In this document: positions 19,900 to 29,432 of the stretch, piece by piece
Layout: each line of letters begins with the position of its first letter
Position numbering within the stretch: the first letter of the stretch is position 1
Origin: Candidatus Pacearchaeota archaeon
GTDB taxonomy: Archaea; Nanobdellota; Nanobdellia; UBA10117; JAFCGI01
DNA length: 64,000 nt
Assembly (NCBI GenBank): GCA_017608235.1
Contig: JAFCGI010000001.1
Location: 1,423-65,422 of the forward strand
Direction of reading: 5' to 3'
Position numbers and translations under genes: made by a program
The notes under the pieces: model-generated
Seen by the model: the letters and a program-made list of their open reading frames with translations, nothing else
What the model was told of the DNA's origin: nothing
Databases searched by the model: none

Positions 19900-20592
19900 A
19901 TGGAAAGAGTTTCTAGTGGCAGTAAAATTATAGATGATTTATTAGATGGTGGTTTTGAGAAAGGAGTAATCTCTACTCTTTATGGAGAAGCAGGATCTGG
20001 TAAAACTAATATTGCTCTGTTAGCTAGCATTAATATAGCTAAGACAGGCAGGGTTGTTTTTATTGATTCTGAGGGTGGATTTTCAATTGAAAGAATAAAA
20101 CAATTAGCTTCTGAGGACTCTGAGAAAGTCCTGAAGAATATAATTGTATTAGAACCAACCAGTTTTGAAGAACAAAAAAATGCTTTTGATCAATTATATG
20201 AGTTAGCTTTTTCTGAAGATATTAGTTTAGTGGTTATAGATTCTATAGCTATGTTGTATAGATTAAACTTAGATGCTGAAAATGTTCAAGAAACTAATCG
20301 CGAATTAGCAAGACAATTAAGGATTTTATCAGAGATAGCTAGAAAGAAAGATATTGCTATTTTAGTAACAAATCAAGTTTATTCTGATTTTGAAACAAAA
20401 GATCTTAAGATGGTTGGTGGAGATCTTTTGAAATATTGGAGCAAAGCAATAGTAAAACTAGAAAAAGAAAGCAGTGATAGAAAAGCATCTATGATTAAAC
20501 ATAGATCTATTGCTGAGAATAAATCTGTTCTTTTTGAAATTACAGAAAAAGAGATTAAAGAACTAAAGAAAAAGAGATTTAGTTTATTTTAA
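19900..20592 (+). CDS. radB: DNA repair and recombination protein RadB (short RecA/RadA paralog)
   Basis: It has Walker A (GEAGSGKT) and Walker B (LVVIDS). At 230 aa it lacks the HhH N-domain found in RadA. Confidence 0.8.
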   Translation: MERVSSGSKIIDDLLDGGFEKGVISTLYGEAGSGKTNIALLASINIAKTGRVVFIDSEGGFSIERIKQLASEDSEKVLKNIIVLEPTSFEEQKNAFDQLYELAFSEDISLVVIDSIAMLYRLNLDAENVQETNRELARQLRILSEIARKKDIAILVTNQVYSDFETKDLKMVGGDLLKYWSKAIVKLEKESSDRKASMIKHRSIAENKSVLFEITEKEIKELKKKRFSLF

Positions 20593-21654
20593 TTAAGCTG
20601 TTGGTATTAAATGTTCATATGGATTAAATGTATATTCTTTAAACAAATCTGATTCTGGATTTTTTATTTTTCTATTTGGTATTTTTATGTTAAATGCTTT
20701 AATTATATTATTGTGTGTCAGATTTTCAATTTCTTTTTTTGGCATATCTAATTCTTTTAGCATTCTAATAATATGCGGCCAAATAGGTAATCCAGGTAGT
20801 CCAGACATATATTTTTCTAATTTGTCTTTTTTAGTATGAGGGGCATGATCTGTTTCTATCCAATCTATTTTTCCTTCCATTAAAGCTTCTAAGTTTGCTT
20901 TTCTATATTTTTCTATTCTTAATGGAGGATTTACTTTATACCATAATCCATTTTTTTCATAATATAAATCATCATCAAGAAATAAGTGATGGGGAGTAAT
21001 TCCGCAAGTTATGTTTAGATGTTCTCTTGCATTATCAACTAATTGAATAGATTCTGGAACTGAGATATGAGTTATATGTAATAAGCCATCAAAATCATAT
21101 TTGGTTGCAAGATTTATTTGATTCTTTACTTCAGCTATTTCTGCTGCAGGAGGTCTTGCTTTACAATGACTTGCGGGTCTTTTAGGATTAAAAAATTTTG
21201 AATTAACAAAATCTTCTTTTTCACAATGCTCTGATAATACTCCAGTATATGTCCAATCATTTAAAGTCTTAAAAACTGTTTTTTGATCTTCATAATTTAT
21301 TATTCCAAGATTTCCTACAGATTGTCCTGCATATTTTTTAAGTCCTACAACCATAGTATTTGTTTTTGGAATTTTTGTTGAAAATAATTCGTTATGCGTT
21401 ATTATTGCTTCTTTAAGTTGTTCTGGATCTCCTGTAGTCCCTATAAAAAACCCATAAAGTACTGGAGACTTTGCTTCTTCTGCTTTCTTTAGTCTTCTGA
21501 TAACTTGATCTCTATATATAACTGGAGGATTAACATTAGGCATGTCAAATATTGCAGATAATCCTACTCTCTCTGCTACTGATAAAGCATGATCTATTGT
21601 TTCCTTATAATATTGTTTTCCATCTCTACAATGCACATGTGGATCTATTGCCAT
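20593..21654 (-). CDS. pyrC: Dihydroorotase-type amidohydrolase (PyrC)
   Basis: The metal-ligand motifs match dihydroorotase: DPHVHCRDG, VNPPLR, and IETDHAPH. Confidence 0.75.
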   Translation of the reverse strand: MAIDPHVHCRDGKQYYKETIDHALSVAERVGLSAIFDMPNVNPPVIYRDQVIRRLKKAEEAKSPVLYGFFIGTTGDPEQLKEAIITHNELFSTKIPKTNTMVVGLKKYAGQSVGNLGIINYEDQKTVFKTLNDWTYTGVLSEHCEKEDFVNSKFFNPKRPASHCKARPPAAEIAEVKNQINLATKYDFDGLLHITHISVPESIQLVDNAREHLNITCGITPHHLFLDDDLYYEKNGLWYKVNPPLRIEKYRKANLEALMEGKIDWIETDHAPHTKKDKLEKYMSGLPGLPIWPHIIRMLKELDMPKKEIENLTHNNIIKAFNIKIPNRKIKNPESDLFKEYTFNPYEHLIPTA

Positions 21655-21658
21655 TTTT

Positions 21659-21880
21659 CTAACATATTTTCTTTTTACTTCCTGCTCGATTTTTTGTATA
21701 ATTTCTAATTACTTTAACTACTTCAGGTAAAGAATTCCAATACGCTAATAATTTTCCTACTTTATATCCACTTATTCCTTCAATATTATATGTTTCTTGT
21801 ACTAAGAATTCAAGTTCTCTAAGATTAGTCATATCACAGGCAGGAACTATACTCTTATCTTTATCAATTATTCTATTCAT
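21659..21880 (-). pseudogene. N-terminal fragment (73 aa) resembling orotidine-5'-phosphate decarboxylase (pyrF). It is likely a gene remnant translationally adjacent to pyrC.
   Basis: The sequence IVPACDMTNLRELEFLVQETYNIEGISGYKVG matches the PyrF N-terminus (IVALD...KVG). The ORF stops after 73 aa, only 4 nt before the pyrC start, so the remaining ~150 aa of the barrel are absent. Confidence 0.4.
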
Positions 21881-21945
21881 TAATACACCTTGTAAAATAA
21901 GTCATATTTAGCTATAAAATAATTTATTTAATAAGAACTATATTT

Positions 21946-24060
21946 TCAAGTACCTGCTTTCTGGTCTTGTTTTTGTTCTTTATTGTTAGTATCTTCTTTC
22001 TTATTGTAATCTTCTTTTTTAGATGGGCAATTTGGATTGGGGCAAAATTGCCAAGGTCGTCTTTTGAAGGTATAGATTGCAATTAATGGGGTTTTGCAGT
22101 GTTTACATAATTTTTTTCTTAAAATTGAGAGTTTTCCTTTTTGCGGAAGAGGCCATGTGGTTTTGCATTTAGGATAATTATCGCAAGCTAGGAAGCGCTT
22201 CCCAGATTTCTTACTTATGATTATACGGATGTTTCCTTCTTTGCAGGCATGGCATTTTTTTAGAAAAGATTCTTGCTTTCTTGTTTCATATACTGCTTGT
22301 GCAAGTTCTTTACCTATTTGTGATTTATTCTCTGCAAATTTTTCTAGATTCTTTATTAATACTTTTTTAGCGCTATCCAAGACTTTTTCTTTTTTTAGTT
22401 TTCCTTCTCTAATTTTTTCCATATCTTTTTCAAATAAAGCTGTTAAATCTTCAGATAGAATCTTTGGAATGTATTTCTTGAATGTTTTTACTATTTCCAA
22501 ACCAAGTTTGGTTACTTGTATTGATGTGTCTCGGATGTATCCTCTTTGATATAATGTATCTAAAATTTGGGATCTTGTAGCTTTTGTTCCAAGATTATGT
22601 TTTTCTAGTTCCTTAATTATTGACGCTTGAGTATACCTTTTCGGAGGAAGAGTTTCTTTTTGGTCTATCTGAGATTTTTGATTAAATATTTGATTTATTT
22701 CCAATACTGGAAGTTCGGTTTCTTCTTTTGCTGAATAGGGTTCATAAATTTCCTGCCAACCTTTTTCTAAGGTCCTTGTGCCTTTAAGAATAAATTTTTC
22801 TTTTTCTATGTCAAAGATTGCTTTTGTGGTTTCTCTTAGGCCTGGGATTGAGAAAACAGATAAGAATCTCTTTACTATTAGATCATAAAGTTTTCTTTGA
22901 TCAGCTTCTATCTTCTTTGGAACTTCTCCAGTAGGATATATTGATGGGTGAGCAGGATCTTTTTTCTTGCCTTCGTTAGGTTTAAGTTTTGTTTTAAGAA
23001 TTTTAGATGCAGATTCTTTATATGCCGGATTTAATGCTAGATTTGAGACTATTTTCTTTATGTTAATAGATTTAGGAATTTTTTGAGATGAGGTTCTTGG
23101 ATAAGATATTAAGCTAGCTTCATAAAGTGCTTGCGCTAATTGTAATGTTGATTTTGGACTGATTTTAAGACAACGATATGATTCTATTTGTAAAGTAGTT
23201 AGGTCAAAAGGAACTGGAACACTTACTTTTTGTTTTGTTTTCTTTACTTCCAGAATTTTTGCATTCTTATCTTTAATTTTTTCAAAAATTTTGTTGGATT
23301 CTTTTTCTTCAAAGAATTTTTCTTTTTCATGAATTGCTTGGAATTTTTTATTATTGATATCTAAATTAATAAATATCTGCCAATAAGGTTCTGGTTTGAA
23401 AGCTTGTATTAATAATTCTCTTTCTGATAGAATTTCTAATGTAGGGCCTTGTACTCTTCCTATACTTAACGGATTAAATCTATGAGTGACTAAATAGAGG
23501 GCATCTGTTGCTGCCTTGCTAAGATTAATTCCATAATAAAAATCTAGATAATGTCTAGTTAGTCCTGCTTCTGCCTGACCCCAATTAAGTGTAGAACTTA
23601 TATTTTTATATGATTCTTTGAGATCTTCTTTTGTAAGTGTAGAGAATTTCATTCTTTTTGCATCTTTTTGTTTACAAATAAATCTTAGAATATTAAGTCC
23701 TATAACTTCACCTTCAGCATCATAATCTGTTGCTACTATGTATTCTGAGGCTTCTTTAGTAATTTTTTTGATTAGATTAAAATATGGTTTTGAAAAAGCT
23801 GCAGTTTTGTTAACTTCATATGTAGGTTTCCATTCTATATCAAAAACAGGATATTTGAATGATTTTTCTTTTTCTGAGAGTGTAAAAAGATGTCCTACTG
23901 CGGGAACTACTATTATTTTCTTAGAATTATGTTTTACTTCATAATATGATACTTTACCTGCTTTTTTTTGAACTGCATCTCCAAGAGCAGACGCTATCTT
24001 AGCTGATGCGTTTGGTTTTTCTGCAATTATTAGTTCATAACCCATGTAGATCTGAAACAT
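21946..24060 (-). CDS. topA: DNA topoisomerase I (type IA) with C-terminal Zn-ribbons
   Basis: It has a Toprim domain (LIIAEKP, TDYDAEGE), the catalytic Tyr region ISYPRTSS, and C-terminal C4 fingers (CHACK..., CDNYPKC, CKHCK, CPNPNC). Confidence 0.9.
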   Translation of the reverse strand: MFQIYMGYELIIAEKPNASAKIASALGDAVQKKAGKVSYYEVKHNSKKIIVVPAVGHLFTLSEKEKSFKYPVFDIEWKPTYEVNKTAAFSKPYFNLIKKITKEASEYIVATDYDAEGEVIGLNILRFICKQKDAKRMKFSTLTKEDLKESYKNISSTLNWGQAEAGLTRHYLDFYYGINLSKAATDALYLVTHRFNPLSIGRVQGPTLEILSERELLIQAFKPEPYWQIFINLDINNKKFQAIHEKEKFFEEKESNKIFEKIKDKNAKILEVKKTKQKVSVPVPFDLTTLQIESYRCLKISPKSTLQLAQALYEASLISYPRTSSQKIPKSINIKKIVSNLALNPAYKESASKILKTKLKPNEGKKKDPAHPSIYPTGEVPKKIEADQRKLYDLIVKRFLSVFSIPGLRETTKAIFDIEKEKFILKGTRTLEKGWQEIYEPYSAKEETELPVLEINQIFNQKSQIDQKETLPPKRYTQASIIKELEKHNLGTKATRSQILDTLYQRGYIRDTSIQVTKLGLEIVKTFKKYIPKILSEDLTALFEKDMEKIREGKLKKEKVLDSAKKVLIKNLEKFAENKSQIGKELAQAVYETRKQESFLKKCHACKEGNIRIIISKKSGKRFLACDNYPKCKTTWPLPQKGKLSILRKKLCKHCKTPLIAIYTFKRRPWQFCPNPNCPSKKEDYNKKEDTNNKEQKQDQKAGT

Positions 24061-24132
24061 ATAGCCTTTTTTATAGTTTTTTAAAAAAATAAGGCTTTTA
24101 AAGGATTAAACGTATTTAAGTATAGGAGTGCA

Positions 24133-25068
24133 ATGGCTGACATAATGTTTATTGGTGCAATATTTTTTTTTATATTTGCACTTGTTACTTTAGCAGTATC
24201 TGCATTATATTTAGTAAGAGCTCTAAGTCAAATAGGAAAAAAAATTGGAATATCTTCCTTTGTTATGGGCATTGTTGTGTTAAGTGTTGTAACTTCGACG
24301 CCAGAATTTCTTAATGTCTTGATTTCTGCAAGTAGAGGCTTAGCAGAATTGGGAATTGGAGATATAATTGGTGCATCTATTGTAGATTTATGTTTAGTAT
24401 TGGGAGTTGTTTCTTTATTTGCTAAAAGTAAATTTGGCAAAACTGAAAATATTGTTTTTGGTATAGCTATTTTAGCAGTAATAACTTTCTATGCTCTTTG
24501 TAGAGATGGGGTTTTTTCAAGATTTGATGGTTTAATAATGTTTATATTTTTTATAACATACCAGATTTATTTATATAAACAAGGAGTTTCTAGTACAAAA
24601 AGAAATCCTAAATTCAAAAGTATGGCTATCGCTTATGCGATGGTACCTATAACTATTTTTAGTTTGGTAATAGCATCTACTTTATTAGTTAGTACTTCTA
24701 GTTTGTTAGCTTTGAGTGTAGGTATTCCTGTAGGTTTTGTGGGTTTAGTTTTTGTTGCTATAGGTACTGCTTCTCCAGAATTAACTTCAAGTATTGCTGC
24801 TGCTATAAAAAAAGGAGAAGGTTTAGCACTTGGAACTTTAATTGGATCTGTAATTGTTAACTTTTTCTTTGCTGGTGGTTTAGCTGCCGTTATTTATCCA
24901 TTTAGTTTTAACTTTGAAGAGTTCTTTATACCTTTAATGTTCTTACTTGGATCTTTGATCTTTTTTATGATATATGCAAACGTTAGAAAAGAAACAGATA
25001 GGCTTTTAGGAATTAGTCTAATACTTATATATTTAGTTTACTTATATTTTGCAATTGGTGCAATTTAA
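24133..25068 (+). CDS. Ca2+/cation antiporter of the CaCA family (YrbG-like)
   Basis: It has about 10 TM helices and two alpha-repeat signatures, VTSTPEF and GTASPELTSS. Confidence 0.7.
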   Translation: MADIMFIGAIFFFIFALVTLAVSALYLVRALSQIGKKIGISSFVMGIVVLSVVTSTPEFLNVLISASRGLAELGIGDIIGASIVDLCLVLGVVSLFAKSKFGKTENIVFGIAILAVITFYALCRDGVFSRFDGLIMFIFFITYQIYLYKQGVSSTKRNPKFKSMAIAYAMVPITIFSLVIASTLLVSTSSLLALSVGIPVGFVGLVFVAIGTASPELTSSIAAAIKKGEGLALGTLIGSVIVNFFFAGGLAAVIYPFSFNFEEFFIPLMFLLGSLIFFMIYANVRKETDRLLGISLILIYLVYLYFAIGAI

Positions 25069-25071
25069 GAA

Positions 25072-25674
25072 TCATATTTCTATTATTTTACCAGATTTAC
25101 CTACATTAATTACTCTTGTATTTCCAATTTGTTCTTCTATACCTTCTGCTTCGTGAACATGAGAGCAAATAGCAATATCTGGTTTAAATGATTTGATTGC
25201 TTTGGTTACTGCTTCGCTACCTGGAACTATTTCACTTAACTTAGACATCAAAGTTTTATCTGGATGTACATGAGTTATCATGATTTTTTTTTCTTGAGAT
25301 TTTATTTTATCATGTGATTTTTTTAACAAATCATAAATTTCTTGTTCTTCTAGCTGAAATAATCCTATATTTGCAGATCCACAACCAAATAATCCTATCT
25401 TGTTATAAATTATAGAATATCCGTGAAGATTTATTGCACCATATATTTCTGCTAAAGAGTCTGTAGTTGCTATGCTTTCATGATTTCCTGGAATTATGAT
25501 TACCTTTTGATTCTTTTCTTTGAAAGGTCCAAGTAATCCTTTTGTATTAGAATCTGCGAGAGTTAAATCTCCTGATAATATTACTAAATCTACTTTTTCT
25601 TTTTTTGCTAAGTTTGCAAGATTCCTTGCTTGGCCTATATCGCCGTGTAAGTCGCCTGCAGCTAATATTTTCAT
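25072..25674 (-). CDS. Calcineurin-like metallophosphoesterase (MJ0936/YfcE family)
   Basis: It has the metallophosphoesterase motifs GDLHGD, GDLT, and GNHES. Confidence 0.75.
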   Translation of the reverse strand: MKILAAGDLHGDIGQARNLANLAKKEKVDLVILSGDLTLADSNTKGLLGPFKEKNQKVIIIPGNHESIATTDSLAEIYGAINLHGYSIIYNKIGLFGCGSANIGLFQLEEQEIYDLLKKSHDKIKSQEKKIMITHVHPDKTLMSKLSEIVPGSEAVTKAIKSFKPDIAICSHVHEAEGIEEQIGNTRVINVGKSGKIIEI

Positions 25675-25734
25675 ATTTCTTGAAATTAAAATGGCTTTAA
25701 AAAGCTTTTTATATATTACTTTGATGGGGCATAT

Positions 25735-26055
25735 ATGGATTATTTTGTAGTACTAGATACAATTGTTGATGAAGAAAAAATAAGATTTCCTAAAAATCTA
25801 TCTAATATTCTTACAATAGATCAAATAAAACAACTTAATTACAATAGCTTATTTGAAATTATGTGTTTAAGCCAAGGCTATGCTGATCTTGATATAATCA
25901 CAGCTGCTACAAATTTAAAACAATATTCATACAGGCAAAAAACTTATTTTGTAAATGGAGAAAAAAGAAAACCTAATGATAAAATATTTAGAGATTTTAA
26001 AGAAACAAAATATAATAATTTAGGAATTTTGCTTAAAATAAAATTAGATGATTAA
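25735..26055 (+). CDS. Hypothetical protein (106 aa) between the two metallophosphoesterase paralogs
   Basis: This call rests on the ORF alone. I saw no motifs. Confidence 0.3.
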   Translation: MDYFVVLDTIVDEEKIRFPKNLSNILTIDQIKQLNYNSLFEIMCLSQGYADLDIITAATNLKQYSYRQKTYFVNGEKRKPNDKIFRDFKETKYNNLGILLKIKLDD

Positions 26056-26657
26056 ATATTGATTATTTTTCCAAATGCAGGATTTATTATTTTGGTTTTT
26101 CTTATCTTATCTTCTTTTCCAGCATTTTCATGTATATGTCCACAAATGCAAAGATTTGGTTTATACTTCTCTATGAATTTTCTAATAGATTCTGAACCTA
26201 CATATTCTATTCCAAGTTTATCTAATTTTGTCTTATGAGGGGGAGCATGCGTAATAAGAACAACTTTTTTTCCTTTCTTGGTATAAAACTTGTTAAGTTC
26301 TTCTGAAAATTTCTTTTCAGATTTTTCAAATGGTGTATGAAGTGGGGAAAAGCCTCCACCACCACATCCGATAAATAAAGTATTGTTTATTTTCTTAGAT
26401 TTTAGATGCATATTTTTTACAAAATCTAAATCTTTTATTGCTTGATTGAGTTCGGTTTGAGTTTCATGATTTCCTGGGATTATTAACAATGGAATTCCTA
26501 TATCTAAAATTGATATTAGTTTTTTAAGATCTCTTCCAAAAATACTTATATCTCCAGCACATACTAATACTTCTGGATTTTCTTTTTTTGCTAATTTAGA
26601 TATGACTTTAAGAGCACTAATATCTCCATGTATATCTGTAAATGCTAGAATTTTCAT
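26052..26657 (-). CDS. Calcineurin-like metallophosphoesterase (paralog of 25072..25674)
   Basis: It has DIHGD, GDIS, and GNHET, and is collinear with the neighbouring paralog. Confidence 0.75.
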   Translation of the reverse strand: MKILAFTDIHGDISALKVISKLAKKENPEVLVCAGDISIFGRDLKKLISILDIGIPLLIIPGNHETQTELNQAIKDLDFVKNMHLKSKKINNTLFIGCGGGGFSPLHTPFEKSEKKFSEELNKFYTKKGKKVVLITHAPPHKTKLDKLGIEYVGSESIRKFIEKYKPNLCICGHIHENAGKEDKIRKTKIINPAFGKIINI

Positions 26658-26663
26658 TTCTTA

Positions 26664-27947
26664 TTATTTTTTTTGAGGTTTAATTGTTTTTATGCCATTC
26701 ATATAAGGCCATAGAACTTTAGGTATTTTTATTGAACTATCTTTTTGTTGGCAATTTTCCAGGATTGCTGTCATAGTTCTTGTAGTTGCTATTCCAGTAT
26801 TATTTAATGTATGTAGAACTTCTCTTTTTCCATCTTTATTTCTAATAACTTTAGTATTTAAAGCACGGGCTTGATAATCCCATACATTACTACAAGATCC
26901 TAATTCGCGATATTTATTTTGGGTTGGGAACCAGGCTTCTATATCATATTGAAGAATTGCTTTTTTGCTCATATCTCCACTAGCTACATTAACAACTCTA
27001 TATGGAATTTCTAATGCATTAAATAGTTCTTCTGCATTTTTTTGCAATATTTTAAATTCTTTCTCTGATGTTTCTGGAGTACAAAATACTACTTGTTCTA
27101 CTTTGTTAAATTGATGTACTCTGAAAATTCCTTTTGTATCTTTTCCATGAGCACCTGCTTCTTTTCTAAAACAAGAACTAATACCTGCAAATCTTATAGG
27201 TAAAGAATCTTCTGGAATTGCTTGATCCATATAATAGCCTACTAAAGGTAATTCTGCAGTGCTGACTAAATATAGATCTTCCCCTTCTATTTTATACATT
27301 TGATCTGCAAAAGCTTCAAAATCTACTGTGCCGTCTACTGTTTTTTGATTTACTAACATCGGCGTTTGTAATATGGTAAAGCCTTTGCTACTTAGAAAAT
27401 CAAGTGCAAATCTTTGCAGAGCAATATCTAATAATGCTAATTCATTTTTAAGAAAAAAGAATCTTGATCCAGAAACTTTCGCAGCATGCTCTGTGTCTCC
27501 AAGATTTAAAGCTTCTAGTAACTCAGTATGGCTCTTTGGTTTAAATGAAAATTTTGGTTTTTTTCCATGTTTTTTAAGAACTTTATTTCCATCTTCAGTT
27601 TTGGCAATTGGTGTTGTTTTATCAATAAGATTTGGAATTCTTTTTCTTGCTTTATCTCTTTTTTCTTCATATTCTGTAATTTTTAGATCTAATTTTTTAA
27701 TTTTAGCTGCAACTTCTCGCATTTCTTTAATCTTTGATTTTGCATTTTTACCTTGTTTTTTAAGTTCATTTATTTCAAGAGATACAGTGTTTTTTTTATG
27801 TTTAAGACTTTGAACTTTTTGTTGAGTATTTCTCCATTTTTCATCAAAATCTATAACTATATCAACAAAACTTTCATCACAGAATCTATCTTTGCAGATT
27901 TTCTTTACCTTTTTAGGATTATCTCTGAATAATTGTATATCTAGCAT
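26664..27947 (-). CDS. serS: Seryl-tRNA synthetase
   Basis: The N-terminus is MLDIQLFRDNP, followed by a coiled-coil arm. The class II motifs are FRKEAGAHGKDTKGIFRVHQFNKVEQ and GSCSN. Confidence 0.9.
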   Translation of the reverse strand: MLDIQLFRDNPKKVKKICKDRFCDESFVDIVIDFDEKWRNTQQKVQSLKHKKNTVSLEINELKKQGKNAKSKIKEMREVAAKIKKLDLKITEYEEKRDKARKRIPNLIDKTTPIAKTEDGNKVLKKHGKKPKFSFKPKSHTELLEALNLGDTEHAAKVSGSRFFFLKNELALLDIALQRFALDFLSSKGFTILQTPMLVNQKTVDGTVDFEAFADQMYKIEGEDLYLVSTAELPLVGYYMDQAIPEDSLPIRFAGISSCFRKEAGAHGKDTKGIFRVHQFNKVEQVVFCTPETSEKEFKILQKNAEELFNALEIPYRVVNVASGDMSKKAILQYDIEAWFPTQNKYRELGSCSNVWDYQARALNTKVIRNKDGKREVLHTLNNTGIATTRTMTAILENCQQKDSSIKIPKVLWPYMNGIKTIKPQKK

Positions 27948-28016
27948 ACTAAAAAATGTTATATTCTAACATTTAAATATATCGGATCCTTTAACTATAA
28001 ATAAAATAAATAAAAA

Positions 28017-28454
28017 TTATTTAATTTTTATTTTTAATTGTTTTTTCTTTTTTTCTGGAATTTTTTTAACAGTTAATGTTAAGACACCATTTTCATATTC
28101 TGCTTTAATTGTTTTTGGATCTATTCCTTTTGGCATTGGTAAAGATCTATAATAACTTCTCATACTTCTTTCTCTATTATAGAAGTGTTCTTTTTTTTCT
28201 TCCTTAAGCTCTTGCCTTTGAGCTTTTATTTCAATTGAGTTTTCAGTTGCAATTAAATCTATATCTTCTTTTTTAATTCCAGGCATATCTAGTTTAATTA
28301 CAATCTTATCTTCTTTTTCAGATATATCTGTTAAAGGCATTGCAGGCATTTTTTCTAGTTCTTTCATTAAAGGCATGGTTCTTTCAAAGGCTTTTTCCAT
28401 TTCTTTTTGAAATTTTTTAAAAAAATCTTCTTCCTCATCTTGAAAAAATCTCAT
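28017..28454 (-). CDS. Small heat-shock protein (Hsp20/alpha-crystallin)
   Basis: The alpha-crystallin domain spans DISEKEDKIVIKLDMPGIKKEDI to AEYENGVLTLTV. Confidence 0.85.
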   Translation of the reverse strand: MRFFQDEEEDFFKKFQKEMEKAFERTMPLMKELEKMPAMPLTDISEKEDKIVIKLDMPGIKKEDIDLIATENSIEIKAQRQELKEEKKEHFYNRERSMRSYYRSLPMPKGIDPKTIKAEYENGVLTLTVKKIPEKKKKQLKIKIK

Positions 28455-28645
28455 TTTTTATCTTCCTCCTCTTTTTTCTGATTTCTAAAACCAGATATTA
28501 TATTTTCAAAATCTTTTTTTCTTTCTTCTGCATAAATCAGAAGATTTGCTGCTTGGCTTAGAAAATCATCTATTGATTTAAAATTGCTCTCCCGGATAAT
28601 CTTTTCTATTTTCTTTACTTGTTCTTCAGGTAAATTTACTTCCAT
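28451..28645 (-). CDS. Small ribbon-helix-helix (CopG/Arc-like) protein, translationally coupled to hsp20
   Basis: The sequence VNLPEEQVKKIEKII ... SIDDFLSQAANLLI fits a beta-strand followed by helices, as in RHH proteins. It overlaps the hsp20 start by 4 nt. Confidence 0.4.
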   Translation of the reverse strand: MEVNLPEEQVKKIEKIIRESNFKSIDDFLSQAANLLIYAEERKKDFENIISGFRNQKKEEEDKK

Positions 28646-28646
28646 T

Positions 28647-29432
28647 TTATCCTCCTGCAGATGTATATTTTTTTATTCCTAAGTGCCATGAAGTTAAAGC
28701 TATTCCTAAAAATAAAAAGCTAACTATTGTGAGTTTTAGAATAAATAACAGACTTAAAGTTCCTATCAGGGCTGATGCTGGATAGAATGCAGCTAATCCT
28801 ATAGGTAAGATAAATGTTAAAAAGAATGTTCCTGTTGCTCCATAGATATTTAGAGGATATTCCCCTAAAGCATGTATATTTTCAAATAGATTAAGTATTC
28901 CATATGCTTTGACAGCTAAGAAAGATATTGATGTAGCTACTATACATATAGATAATAAAATTGTTATTGCTAAAGTAATTAAGTATATGTATGTGAGTAT
29001 TTGGTAAATACTAATGACTGTATTTATTTTTGATATTGCTATAAATACTATTATTAATCCTAGAGACATTTCTGCTATATGATCAATATCTATAGATGTT
29101 AGTATTTTGAAAAGTAATGGTTTTACAGGTCGGATTAAATTCATATCAAATGTGCCTTGTTCTATCTCATGCATTGTAATCCATGACAAATGTCCTATAT
29201 TAAAGTTATAAATTCCCATTACTAAGATAAAAGTTCCTTGTAACAACAAAAACTCATAAAAATTCCAGCCTGTAATTCCTGTAGTGGTTGAATAAATTAG
29301 TAATGCAAACAGTGGGCCCATGAAACTAAATAATAATGTTGCTATGATTCTTAATAGAAAATTAAATCTGTATGTAGTTTGTTCTGCAAATGCTAATTTT
29401 ATCCATTTTTTCCAGATTCTAAAATATTTCAT
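28647..29432 (-). CDS. ABC-2 type transporter permease
   Basis: It is a multi-TM protein. I reset the start to the ATG at 29432, which forms an ATGA overlap with the upstream permease stop. The ORF-track start at 29507 would overlap that gene by 79 nt. Confidence 0.6.
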   Translation of the reverse strand: MKYFRIWKKWIKLAFAEQTTYRFNFLLRIIATLLFSFMGPLFALLIYSTTTGITGWNFYEFLLLQGTFILVMGIYNFNIGHLSWITMHEIEQGTFDMNLIRPVKPLLFKILTSIDIDHIAEMSLGLIIVFIAISKINTVISIYQILTYIYLITLAITILLSICIVATSISFLAVKAYGILNLFENIHALGEYPLNIYGATGTFFLTFILPIGLAAFYPASALIGTLSLLFILKLTIVSFLFLGIALTSWHLGIKKYTSAGG

